From the NCBI GenBank assembly GCA_010909165.1, contig MU008203.1, positions 310,001-374,000 of the forward strand: DNA of 64,000 nt. Reading direction: 5' to 3'. Shown in pieces: positions 1 through 12,217 of the stretch. Within the stretch, counting starts at the first letter, position 1, and every line of letters starts with the position of its first letter. Made by a program: the position numbers and the translations under genes. The notes under the pieces were generated by a model. That model saw only the letters and a list, made by a program, of their open reading frames with translations. It was not told where the DNA came from and made no database searches. The DNA is from Anthoceros angustus (lineage: Eukaryota; Plantae; Anthocerotophyta).

Positions 1-1129
1 CACACTTGCCATCTCCTCCAGAACTCCTGGAGAAAGCAACAGAAAGAACGGCATTAGATCACATCCACCAGCCTCGTGTTCCAACGGAGCTTCGACACAT
101 TCATACCCTACAGTAAAGACACACGGAAACCGTACCAGAAAGGGGTAGCTGGACAAAGGCCCACTGTTCCCCCCGCAAGGTATCTGGCAAATCCTGCGGA
201 AGAGGCTCTTCGAGCAGCAGCAGAGGGGCAGCACTCTCATTGTAACCCGGGTGCAGCCGGTACACGGTATCATTCCGTTCCCCCAGCCACCGCACCAGCG
301 TGATACACTGCAAAACCCCCGCTCCATGAATGTAAGCCCCCCGACAATCCCACCATGCCTACACTCACCCAAAATGCATCACCAAACGCACCCTTTGGCT
401 CGGCACCGGCTGAATATCCAGCTCCGCACAAGCCTTCGAGATGATGGTCTGCATTTGCGAGCTGCCACATTACCCCATCCCAACATCAGCAACCCCAACC
501 CTCACAACTACTACACCCAACTCAACTCAACCCTGACACCCGAATAACACACCGGAAGAATCGCACTTTCAGCGGCCTCGGCACCCCCAAATTCCCCATG
601 ATGTACGACAAGGTATCCCTCAAGGTGACGCTGTTGATAACGTTACTAGGGAAGTAACGCGTGAATTCGAGCTGCCGCTTACTGTCGCACACCACGAGCT
701 CCCACACCTTCTTCCCCCGCGCATCCAGAATGGGGCGGGAGCAGAAATCCAGCTCCCACTCCGTGATAGCCGCGACATCGGCATCCTCCGCCACCCGCTC
801 CACCACGCCCTCTTCCAGCTGTCCGGCTGCCGCGCCGCTGCTGCGCTCCGCCACCCCGTAGGGCGTGGCCTGCACCCGGCGAATGCCGCGCCCCGAAGGA
901 CCCGCCTCCAGCGCGCACCTCAGGGGCGCGGCCGGCCTGGTCCTCTCGTCCCTGCCCTGCGAATGCGCCAGCAGGCCCGCGGCCGCCGTGGTGGGCAGGG
1001 GCATGGGCAGCCGCTGGAGGCGGGAGAAGGAGTCGGAGGAGCAGGAAGAGGCGGAGGAGGAAGACGGGCGAGGCAGCAGGGGCAGCAGCCTGCCGCTGCT
1101 GCGCCTGCTGCTCCCATCGCCATCGCCAT
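1..1129 (-). CDS. TAB2: Chloroplast RNA-binding protein Tab2/ATAB2, 5' part (gene continues past window start). Exons 1129(or 1004)-553, 461-392, 307-136, 26-<1
   Basis: Translation [25 protein letters not shown]...VRFFR|[11 protein letters not shown]...PSQR|CITLVRWL...WAFVQLPLS|GVLEEM matches the Tab2 family. All junctions are GT-AG and in frame. The start is ambiguous: the ATG at 1129 in AACAATGGCG context needs +1 nt to join the frame, while the in-frame ATG is at 1004. Confidence 0.93.
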
Positions 1130-1544
1130 TGTTGCCTTCCCTTCCCTTCCCTTCCCGTCTCTTGCCCCGCCTGCACACGCTGGGCACGCGCTGCAGCCTC
1201 ACCTCTTGCTCGGCCTCCTCGGTCTCCACTTTTGTCAACCTGCCCATAAACACCTCAACTTTATATCGATATCTTACCACTGCTGTACTTCAAAGCCTTG
1301 TACATAGGTCTGTATGTAGCTACTAGGGTAGCTAATCTAACACTTTTACTTCCCCATGGCCCCGGTGTAGTGTAGGTGGGATTTCGATCTCTGCATATTT
1401 TTAAAGTCTCTACGTTGCTCAACTTTATTAATATAGGGATGGACACGGAGACTTTTGTATAAAAAGAGATGAAAAATCCCATCCACCCCGAATAAAAAAG
1501 GGGGAAACCCAGCAAAGGGCAGCATGCCAAGGGGACTAACCTAG

Positions 1545-2000
1545 CACATGCCTGCTCCTTTACATCAATGCCAGACTGTACAGCAAGTTTCTTGTTAGCT
1601 CCAGCTGACTCTCTGAGCCTTGCAATCCTGTCTACTCCTGTGCACCTGCCTGTAGCGGCATCCACATTTGCCACTAGGATGCATGGAGACGCCCGCTGGA
1701 CTGCTCACAAGATCACAAAGCATTCCGCTAGGACAAAAACGAGACTATCAAAGCACTGTGTTACGCTTCCTACATCCCCATGAGTTTTGGCAAGGTACCA
1801 AGAATCGAACAGGCCTTGAGAAGCAAGCAAGAGTAACATTGAGAACTAAAATCAGGCCTTTTTTGCTCCAATCTTCCATACAGAGCAATCGCCTCCTGAC
1901 CCAGCCGTGCCCTGTATTCCCAGCCATCAGCATACTCAAGCCTGTCACCGCGATTACTCGTTTCAAAATTACCTACAGCCCGGAGAATTTCGTGGTCAGG
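1545..2000 (-). pseudogene. PLS-class PPR remnant (S/P motif plus E2/E+ tail)
   Basis: Frameshifted fragments GQEAIALYGRLEQ...CLLLKACSILG, HG.VGSVTQCFDSL and LVANVDAATGR...VDRIARLRESAGANKKLAVQSGIDVKEQ resemble PPR and E/E+ motifs. Confidence 0.7.
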
Positions 2001-2034
2001 GATAGGAAAAGGCCTACTTACCACAAGTATCGAA

Positions 2035-2850
2035 GAAGCTGCACCTCTAGCGCTAGCCATCATCCTATACATTGGCCAACGCCCTCTGCAGGGCGATGGA
2101 CACCCGTTGCCTGAAGAAAGCCACAATACAAGAAAGGGGGAGACCAATCGCATTCTTGCGATTGTGGTAAGCCTTGGCATAAGCCTTAACGAACCAAGAG
2201 AAATCCTTGCTCATGGCCTTGTGGGTCTCGATAGCAAGGGGGACGAAGGAGTGGCCATCCTGCATGGGAGAATGTGTACCTTCGCAGTTGTGCACCCCTC
2301 CACACCTCAACCCTTCGGGTTGAGGATAACATGCTCATAGACATTGCTAGTGCGATGTGGAACACCTAGATACTGGGTCGGGCCAAAAGCTAGAACCCAT
2401 ATAGAGATTGAATTTTAAATGGACATGGAAACTTTATAAATATGCTAAGATGGGAAGTCCCATCTACATTGGGGTGATGGGGAACAATCCTCTAGAGGGG
2501 CCAGGCCAAGGGGGATTAGGTCCCCCAATCATCTACTCTCTGATGTTACCTACCGCACCCAAGATGCCATAACATGGAATATGGAAGGGCATACTGACTA
2601 CCGAAGTTGAAGATGCTACGTTCCCCGCATTCGAAGCTGTCCTGAAAATTGCGTTTGCCAATGCCTGTTGTATAGCAATGGATACTTGTTGCCGGAAGAA
2701 AGCCACCACACAAGAAAGGAGACCTACCCCATTTTTGCGAATGCTACTAGTATGCTTTAGCGCAAACTTTGATAAATCTCAAGAAGTCCTCCCCATGAGT
2801 CTTGATAGCAAGGGGAATGAAAGCATGGCCTTCCTACATGGGGGTGAAAA
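2035..2850 (-). mobile_element. Two 3' fragments of an RLE-type (CRE/R2-group-like) non-LTR retrotransposon
   Basis: GHSFVPLAIETH.AM...VAFFRQRVSIALQRALANV at about 2035-2400 and a second degenerate copy at about 2480-2850; both are homologous to 9310-9900. Confidence 0.6.
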
Positions 2851-2879
2851 TTGATCATCATTATTCTATATAAAGCTTC

Positions 2880-5620
2880 TATATTGAGATATGATGTGCT
2901 GTCGTTTTTGAGCATCTTATGCCATGCTAAATAACTTTCTTTTCATTACTATATTTTAAGATATTATAAAATACATTATATCATAATTTACAAAAGCTTT
3001 GTTAAAAACCTGAGTGTCTAATAATACATCAAGTGCTATTAGAAAAGTTAAGAGGTAGAAGATCAAAGGCCATGTGAACTAAAGGCTGAAGGTCAAGCAG
3101 TTTAAATAAATAGGCTAGAGACTAGACTTTATGAATTTCTACTAACTAAACTCAATCTTCTTATTGAAATTTAAAAGATCTCTCAACTGCTTCTAATGCT
3201 CATCTAAAAGAGTCAACTTTTTTTCGAAAATGATTTTTCTAACATTTGTATAAACGATTGAGTATTGCACTCAACTTTTGAGTTAAGTCAAAATTCAATT
3301 TGTTGGTAAGTATTTTGTTCACTTGAGGTAGACTTTTACAATGGAATTACAAATACCGAATAAAATGTGGCTTGCTTTCGCTCTATGAAACCTTCCGTAA
3401 AAAGGAATCATAGGACTAAATGAGATGTGGCTTGCTACTCCGTGAAACCTTCCAAAAATCCTGCTCCTGAAAAAATATTATTTTCCTCAGCAATTCACCG
3501 GTGTCATAAGGTAACCGATTGATGCTCAGCAACGTGACGGATATTGTTATCACAACCACTCTTGGTCCAAATAATTTTATGAGGATATAAAACAACAGTC
3601 TTAATATATTATCTTACATATGACACCATAATTCACTAACCTTGAGAAGGTATTAAATATCTGACATTCAAGTGCACCTAGCTTTACTCTTCAAGGCATA
3701 GATTGCCTTGCTTATTCCATAAACTAGTGTATTCTTCGTCCGCAAGTTCTCTCAAAAAGCGTACTTCCTCCGCACCAACTCATGCAATTGTATTGTTAAA
3801 ATAATCATAAAATTATGAGAGCTTCAATCCAATTATCTGATCAATTTTTGTGCTGATCTTTGCTACAAAAATTGAAGAACATCATGTCACGTCTTCATCA
3901 TAATTCATCTCATAATAAAAAAACATAAAAGTTTCATACTATTTAACTTTCAATCCAAAATATCCGTGCTGGATCAAAACAGCAGTTCAAGACAAAAATT
4001 TTATCATTGTGAAAACTGATTATTATTGTAATTACTTCTACTTAGGATATTTCCCTACAACAGAATTAATTCTGTTGGACTTTCTCGCCAACACTTCCTC
4101 CTTGCATTTTGGTTCAATGTTTTTATTCCTCTTCTTCACTGGCTATTCTTCAACTTCCACAACTTCAATCCTTCTTTTGGATGTACTTGTATGAGATGGA
4201 TTGATGCTACCTGACTTCCTGAAATCCAACACATCCTTCAAATCATTGACCAAATCAGTTGCTCCTTCATGAGTCAGCAATTGTTTAACAATTTTCTTTT
4301 CTTCTCAAGTTCACCGCTATATTGTCGAATAGCTACTTTCAGGTTAGTTTTTCCAATCTTTACTTCCTGTAAGTTGCGCACTAATATAGCCTCTTGATAT
4401 TCACCCAAATCAGCTTGCTCTGACTTAGTAAGCTTCAACAAATCAGCAGACTCTAAGTAGTCGAATAAAGCTTCTAACCTACACTTGTGCTATTGCACGT
4501 GGCTAAGAAGGCTCTCGTTTGAATAATTAACTTTACCTTTTTGCTCTACACCAGCTCGGGGTAAATGGGATTTCCCATCTCCTTTTCTTATACAAAGTCT
4601 TCTTTCAAAAATGTTTACCCACGTGCCAGTTCTCTTATTGATATCTATCTTTAATTCAACATCATCCTCTTTACCGCTAACAAAGGTTGACTTTTTTAAA
4701 TCATAATTATTTAAAAAAACTAAATTAATATCAATTAATTTGGGTATCTTCACTAAACTTGCATCAGGGTCGTCAGCATTGGTGTTCACTGATCCACCTC
4801 TAATTCTTGATCAAAAGTACTAGCATTTTATATTTACTACTTCTTTTTCTATTATACCTTAATGATTTGGGCTTTTCTTTCTATCAATTTCAAGCTTAGC
4901 CGAATTTCCAAAAACCAAATTTATACCATGAACACCTTAAATTGCATAAAACACACCTTGAACTGTATTTTGAAGTAGCTTGCACCTGAATGCTCTCAAA
5001 TCCAAGAGGTACGTCCTGGACTATGTTCATTCACAGATTTTCAATCTCAAACCTTGTTGAAATCTGTCGTCAAGCATACCCGGGAGAGACTGGCTCTATC
5101 TACAAACTGCCAAAAGTCTAATATACATAATATTCTGATAAAAACGTTATGTTAAAAACTATATATACAAGTATATGTCGTCACTGGGATCGGTAAGTAC
5201 GGACTTCCACCAATCCCCACTTTTTGAGGGAAACCCTAATCGGGATCACTCTCAATATATTCACCAAAAAAACAATTTGAATCACTGATTCGTTCATGTG
5301 TATGGGACCGAGGCCAGCTAAAACCCCGCCTCACAATAACACCCTGATTGGAACCCATTGAAGAATCGCATTCAAGAACCAATTATTGAAACTTCGCCCC
5401 TTAAATACCTATGAAAGAACTAAATGAGACAATACCCTAAATGATATCCCTTCCTCATTGGCGCTCGTTCCCTCCCTCGCTCTCTTTGACCATGTAAAGG
5501 GCTGAATGAGACTATTCCGTAGATAGTAAGTAATACACGGAACAAATTGGAAAACGATTAGGTCAAGACTTTGAACATGGTTACAGCTTCGGAGTTCAGA
5601 ATATAAATATATTAAAAATA
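2880..5620. other. AT-rich degenerate region, probably an old TE remnant
   Basis: Sharp drop in GC and only short broken ORFs. One weak gag-like peptide FQQGL..KI on - near 5050. No diagnostic domain. Confidence 0.3.
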
Positions 5621-5733
5621 TTATAATTGATCATCTGTATAGTATATGCGTGCGGGTTCAGAATCCTATATCGTGTAGCATATGCCTCTCCCAGCGTCGC
5701 CTCTTCCACTTCGCTGTCACAACAGGACATTGC

Positions 5734-5856
5734 CTTGAACAACACCTCCCAGGTTCCAACCTTGAATTCAACACCCTCCAGCTTCCAACCTCGAATTCAA
5801 CACCCTCTAGCTTCCAACCTTGAATTCAACACCCTCCAGCTTCCAACCTTGAATTC
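5734..5856 (+). repeat. 29-bp minisatellite, about 4.3 copies
   Basis: Unit CTTGAATTCAACACCCTCCAGCTTCCAAC at 5761, 5790 and 5819, a degenerate copy at 5734 and a partial copy at 5848. Confidence 0.95.
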
Positions 5857-6020
5857 TATCATCATCCCTCATCTCTCACACTGTGTCCACGTATCCTGGC
5901 ACGGTCACAACATGCTAAAACAGGGAACGGGGACCAGCTTCAGCAGGAAGAAAGTCCTGGCCCAGCAGCAGAGGAACCCCACGCTCTACACACTAATTTC
6001 TTTAATCCTGTTTGATGGTA

Positions 6021-6760
6021 ATGCCGATCTCCACATGAGCCGAACGCATCCACGAATCTATGTACTTCGTATGTGTGCATCTGTCACTACAATCTGGAGC
6101 TTCTCAAGACGTGACATGAGTTTTGTCCCACTCTGTCAGTTCTTGCAAATTGGTAAGTTGCTAGAAAGCATGGTAGAGTCTACTAACCATAAAAGTCGTG
6201 CCATCTGGTCTGTTCAGCAGACCATCCGTCGAGGCCAGTGTCTGCGTATGTCCACACAACGCATTTTCCTTCTCCTGCCAAGACACGGCGATCAGCACCT
6301 GCTCTGTCGCTCCTCAGCTTTGGAGGAATATCATACCTATCCTCCTCCACTGTGAAATCGAGCACCTCCCGTTTCACTTCAATGCAAGATTGCTTTTGCA
6401 GCCTTCTTCCAAGCACCTTTGATTTTCTTACGCTCTCTATCCTATCCACATCCCATATACCGGCATTGGCATGGATGTTTACCAACTGCATATAAATGCA
6501 CCAGATATATAGTCAAAGCATCATCTGCCTCGATCTCCATCACTATAGTTTTTGCAAGCACTCAGCGGATCTTTCCAGCCGAGTGTAGGTCGTAGAATAT
6601 TTCCAGTTTTCTGGCCTCACCGGCCAAGCACATCGCAATACAGCCATACAGTGATGATCTCTTGGCACAAATCCCATGTTCTCAACCATCACCTTGAAAC
6701 ATCAGTGGACCTCTTGCACAAGGCCCCCAAGAATCCGTGCCACAAAGATACAAAAGAAAG
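6021..6760 (-). pseudogene. PPR E1-E2-E+-DYW:KP (DRH-type) C-terminal relic
   Basis: Across frameshifts and stops: LVNIHANAGIWDVDRIESVRKSKGAWKKAAKA-CIEVKREVLDFTVEEDR...QEKENALCGHTQTLA..GLLN.PDGT...CKN*QSGTKLMSRLEK..IVVTDAH..VHRFVD...SCGDRH. DRH codons at 6029-6021. Confidence 0.85.
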
Positions 6761-6857
6761 AAGTCTCATCTGACTGGATACCTTGTTGAAGAATCTCTTC
6801 GATCTGGATAATTCGTTTTTTTGCTTCTGCTTGTACACTCACGCTTGAGAGGTTTGC

Positions 6858-6962
6858 CCAAGGCTGGTTATCGAACCTGTTTGTAGACTCGTGCTTAAGA
6901 AGGTTGCCAAGGCTGGATGTCTAACCCGTTTGTAGGTTACTGCTTCAGTTTGCCAAGGCTGA
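6858..6962 (+). repeat. Degenerate tandem repeat, about 49-bp unit, about 2.2 copies
   Basis: CCAAGGCTG...GTTTGTAG... recurs three times at roughly 50-bp spacing. Confidence 0.55.
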
Positions 6963-8699
6963 GAATCTAACGAATTCTCCGTCAAATGCGCATTCGGTCA
7001 TATGCTTTGGTTCAACTGCTGAGTTTTCAGTACATGTTGGTAAGTCACAGCAACTTCGATAAACCGATCACAGAAGTAGACACTTAGCAGAAAATGAGTT
7101 GTTGATTCTCAGGACAGAGGGACACAAGGTCAAAGCGAGGAAGAAATGTATTGCAGAGCAACCTGGCTTTCTGCAGAAGGACAAACAAAAAAAAGGAGCG
7201 AAAGGTGGAGGTCATTCCCAATGCCTGTCGCACTGAACAGGGCAGCTTCCTTTTTGTTCATGGTCCACGGATGATGAGTGATGAGACCCATGAGGGAGAG
7301 GAACAGGTCATGCCGTCGCCAAACTGTCCTCCCATCTAACGGGCTGGAATAAGTCCACTCAAGCTGAAGCATGCTTCCTCAGATTCTTGGCAATATCAAA
7401 ATCCTACGGTTGGAGGGAGGTGGCTGACCTTGCTAATTGCTATCAAAAGCAGCAATCCTAGCAATGTCGTTTGTTGCCTTGTGTGAGCACTGTATTATAT
7501 GTGTGGTGAATAATCTAGATTTCCGTTATGAGGCTTGATGGATGAGCAGGCCTCACACAGATCAAACAGCTTCACGATCTGTGTGCTCCTTTTCGGCTCT
7601 TCACTATCCGTTATACAGGTGCCAACCTAGCCATTCCTCTGACAGGAAATTTAGTAACTTCTCAAATGAATATGCTTCTCATTGTAGCCCTAGGATCCTT
7701 GATGTCACTGTCTCCTGTTCGTCCATGTGCAATTTTGAAAGATCTATCTGGCGAGGTTTTCACGAGCACCATCATCGAACCAGAGGAGGGAAAATTGGAG
7801 ATCAAGCCAGACGTTGCTGTAAAGGAGAAAGCTAGCAACAAGAACACCTGAAAGGGTTGAGACGGCAGGTTCAAATCGGGGAGCACAGTGACCAAGGTGA
7901 GCATGGTTTAGGTGCCCTTGCCCAGCTCACTCAAGCAGGAGCCAAGGCGGCAGAAGCCATGAGCCAGGTTGCCCAGCACAAACGCATAAACCTGATAAGA
8001 TCACACAAATGTTGGTGAAGGGGTTGAACAGGCTCAAGATGCTGCTGGGCTACCACAAGCTATTAGCGATGCAGGTACCACGGAAACCTTGGTCTGGTGG
8101 AGGAACTGTCCCACAGTGAAGAGCTCAGAATTGGCCTGCTTGTCTTACCTTCTCGACACAACAATTGACTGTTGCGTTGTTTAAGATCCTTTCACGGATT
8201 CGTGATTGAGCGTTTCAAGTTCCCTACCCACCCTCCAGTAGCGGAGGGCGATCAGGATTGAGAACCTTCGAATTCGAATTTGAATTCGAATTCGCCCGCA
8301 ACTGCTTCGAAATCTTGCTCCATGCTCGTGAATTGAACAGATGTAGTGAACATTGCGACAATCTCCATGTTTCCGAAGCATATGGCAGTATGAATGCGAG
8401 TTTCAATAGCTACTGAGGTCCACCAACGAGGAGGTGGCCCCAACTTTTATCAAATCAATGTGGAACAGCACCAGCACCACAAGTCACCTTGGAAGGCCTG
8501 GATGAATCTATCCCTGCAATCCGTTTCATTATAAAAAAATTTATGAAAGACATGAAGTATCACTAATGAATTGATTAAATAAATTTTAAGCTTGTTTCTA
8601 TTTAGTTAGCTATGCTATGCTAGTATATTTGTGTGTAGCTACATGTGCTTTTGCTCTCAACAAGTTTTAAGTGTACGTGTCTAAGCTAGTCAGCATCAA

Positions 8700-9060
8700 G
8701 TCTCCTGGTCTCCTATCTCTCCCTTACCTATTAAGCTAGAAACTTACAAACAACTTTTTCGTATCCTCTCCAACTCTGGGAAACCAATGCTTCCTCTCTA
8801 TCTTCGCACCCATGTGTCCTTCAAGCTTAGGATGATTATGGGTCATCTTCGGGTGGGCTCCCACCATCTCAGGGTTGAGACTGATAGATGGCTGCGTCCA
8901 AAGCCACCTAAGGAGACCCGAATATGCAGGTTATGCAACAGGGATATTGAGACTGAGGAACACTTTGTTTTCCTGTGTCCCATATATGAAGATATCAGGC
9001 ATACATTTATCAATCTTCTTAAAATACGAAAATAAAATGTGTAAATAGAGATGAAAAATC
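8700..9060 (+). mobile_element. LINE ORF2 3' end (CCHC zinc knuckle)
   Basis: LRVGSHHLRVETDRW...RICRLCNRDIETEEHFVFLCPIYEDIR is the typical post-RT CX2CX8HX4C tail of APE-type LINE ORF2. Confidence 0.75.
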
Positions 9061-9309
9061 TTATGAGGCTATATTCAAAAGGAGACATGAGGAACGTTAC
9101 TCACACTCAACCCAAGGACTTTTTGGTCCTCAAGTTTTCAATTCATGTTGAATGTGATTATTATTTTCATGCTTCTATTGGAATTTTTTACGTTCTCTCC
9201 TACAATGTTCAACCGTTCAATTGATACGGAGAGACCTCGTACATTTCATGTTGATTTCAATGTAGGTAATTTATATTATGTATCAAAAAGAAAAGAAGAC
9301 TGTATATAT

Positions 9310-9900
9310 TTCTCATCTACCCCGAGATAAAGGGAAACAACTCTTATGAGGGCACCAGGCCAAGGGGGCACCGAAGATGCTACGTCCCCTGCTCTTGTTG
9401 CTGTCCTATACACTGTGTTGGCCAATGCCCTCTGCAGGGCAATGGACACCCGTTGCCTGAAGAAAGCAACCACATAAGAAAGTGGGAGACTAACCCCATT
9501 CTTGCGGCTGCGGTAAGCCTTAGCACAGGTCCTATGAACTTGGAGAAATCTTTGCCCATGGCCCCATGAGTCTCGATGATAAGGAGGATAAAAGTGTAGC
9601 CTTCCTGCATTGGTGAGTACTTGTGAACCTTCGTTGTCACGCATCCCTCTACCGCCCAATCCGAAGGGTTGATGATAGCATGCTCGCCAATACTGTCCCG
9701 AATAGGGTATGTTACAACCAATCCGCAACATAAACATGGTTCCCCCTAGCCAAAAACAGATCAACCATGAGAAAAACGCCGTCGAGCGGAGTATATTGGT
9801 GCTCCCTATAGGGCAAGAACCTGCTCTCTTTTGCCGTCGAGAACAAGACGTCGCAGACGGCGTTATGCGTAGAAATGCACTGGCAACGAACTAGATTGAC
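9310..9900 (-). mobile_element. RLE-type non-LTR retrotransposon 3' fragment (restriction-like endonuclease region)
   Basis: HNAVCDVLFSTAKE...VDLFL...YVAD, then K.HKY...GYTFI.LIIETHGAMG, then VAFFRQRVSIALQRALANTVYR, across frameshifts. Confidence 0.65.
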
Positions 9901-9963
9901 TATTCTACTTTCTAAAAGTATTGATGAATATATCAATGATGATTATATGTTCACACTATTGTC

Positions 9964-11050
9964 CTATTATGCTACTATAGCACTTGGAAGAATTCATCTC
10001 TTGGTATAGACACAGGAAGTAGTTTAGTTTAGTGTGAATACAACTAGCAATTGTTCAATTTGTTTCAAAAACGGAGTTATGAACTTTGATATGAGAGAAT
10101 AGGGGACTTACAAGATGCCTCCTTTTGAGAATGCAAATTGTTCTAAATGGTGGACACAATGTGAGCGGGACCATTTAAAGAACCACAATGGTGTATATGC
10201 ATCAAAGATGTCACTACACAATACAATATAATGATGGACAATTGTCAGAAGGGCCGTTGGCCAATGATGTGTTCTCACTATAAGGTCTTACGGTCTAGAC
10301 GATAGTACATAATTTATGATTACCTTTGGAGTTGGTTTCCGGAATAAAAAAAGTAGACCACAATTTGACATTAAAGAAGCGGGAATGCTTGGCCTTGGTA
10401 CTGGGTCTTAATCTCTCACAACTCAGCTCAAACCGTTTACCGATGGAATATTTGGATTTTGTTTATTAAGGGAGTCACAAACTTCATTAGAAGTACAAGG
10501 AAAATTAATCTTAGGCAAAGGAGCTTTACCAGTCAACACATTTGCATTGGGCATTACTGACTTACTTCACAATAAGAGAGAACTTGAACTGTATTTTGTT
10601 CAAATTGTTGATATTTATGTTGGTCAGTCTATACAAACCGCTTCACCGCTTCTTAGTTAGAACCGCTGCTTTTTTTACAATGGACGAGAGTGGAGGTACT
10701 ATCACTGATCATGGAGCTCTAATGATAACTTTGGTTCCAGAAGCATGTACGGTTGTTAAGAAGGCGATAAAATTGAAAATGTCATTCTCAACAATAGAAT
10801 CATGACGATATAGATTATGTTTGCACAAAATAGTGTTTTGCAAACATTGGGAAGGTTAAACAAACCTTATCTTCAGTTTCTTTTTACTTCAAATGTAATT
10901 ACAAGTTTCCTTCTATATGGGTTATTTATCCACAAAGCATATAGATAATAACTCCTGTTATTTTCCTAATAGCTTTGTGTATTGAGGCTGCTAACGGGGC
11001 CCGTGTGAAAGGGGACTTATCTCTTTGAGTCAAATCACCATTCAACAGTA
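9964..11050 (+). pseudogene. A1-family (nepenthesin/TAXi-like) aspartic protease pseudogene
   Basis: Ordered motifs YYATIALG..IDTGSSLV*C (about 10005), AGMLGLGTGS*SLTTQL, GFCL..GKLILG..TDLLHN..LYFVQIVDIYVG, and GGTITDHGA..TLVPEACTVVKKAI (degenerate second D-S/T-G site). Stops and frameshifts present. Confidence 0.7.
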
Positions 11051-12217
11051 CCTATGTATTTCATTTCAAGAGAAGAGAACATAAAGTCTTGTATTTGAAA
11101 AGAAAAGATATGACATCAATCATTTTACAGATTTGTCCGGCCTTGAATGCAAACGGTGCGATACGTGGGAGTCTCAAATGCAACTGATCACGATTGATGC
11201 TTCGGTGCGATCTTTGCCATAACTGCGCCTGTGAGATTCTTGGAACCTAATCCCCGCAACGGACAACATCCTCTGTAATCAGCGGAGGAAGCCAATTATG
11301 AGGCACTGGCTTGATTATCGTCTCACTTCCACGATTCACCACTGATTAGCGAGATTGCAAGGCGACGCTCTCGAATCGGAAACCGTTGGACCCACCCGGC
11401 ACCAAATTCGCATCAACATGCCCATGATTCCCAGACAAACACCAAGACACAACATCCACTGAATGTTTTTGTCCTCCGTTTGGAAGCAGCCCGATTCTGG
11501 GGCCCGCTGTGGATGAGCTCCGAGCTGGGCTGTCAGAACAGTGTGCCGAAGACCAGACTCCAGCCCGGAGCCCCGGTGTGGGGTGCGGTAGGATAGTGGT
11601 GCTGGTCCTAAAAATAGGCCCAAGGCGTTGGCTCCCGAGTCCCGTGCATCGGGCTTTTTTCTTCCCTTTTGTGGCAAAAGGAAAAAGTTTGTTTAGTCTG
11701 ACGATCATGAGAGCCTTTCAGCTGGACTGGCGCTGGCAGGCAGAGCGTCGCAAAGCTGCAACGCAACGGGAGTCTCCGATGACAGCAAAATGAGAGGCAA
11801 CACTTGATTGGCTTCTGCAGCATGCACAAAAATACACACCTCCGATCCCCATTCCGAATCCTCACATCGAGGAAAGTGCATGACATACACTGGGCAGGAA
11901 AGGGCTCCACTCTGCACTGGCCTGCCATCCCCGCTGTCCCTGAGTGTGGTGGCAGTGCGGAGTGGAGAGGGAAGGAAAGAAGGAAGCAAGGACCAGGTTT
12001 TAGAAGGAGAGCCTTCTTAGCTGCTTGTAAAGAATGACATTCCTGCTATCAAAACCAGGTTCTACAGGTTCTACAGGTCTTGTACATAAGGCATGTTGGC
12101 AGCCTTGGTGAACCAAACTAATAGGCAATGGCAGGGGAAGGGAAGAGAAGGGAAGAGGAGGGGAAATTAAAAGCAAGGAAGGAAGGAAGGAATTGTGGGT
12201 TGCTGAGGATGTTGGAG

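Noticed and set aside
865-1326. Several 100-165 aa ORFs overlapping TAB2 exon 1
   Set aside because: Shadow ORFs of a GC-rich coding exon; low-complexity translations.
5195-5215. CGGACTTCCACCA as a possible PBS or tRNA 3' end
   Set aside because: No tRNA cloverleaf, and no LTR could be defined next to it.
5627-6355. 242-aa + strand ORF
   Set aside because: Built from the 29-bp minisatellite plus the antisense of the DYW:KP relic; no domain.
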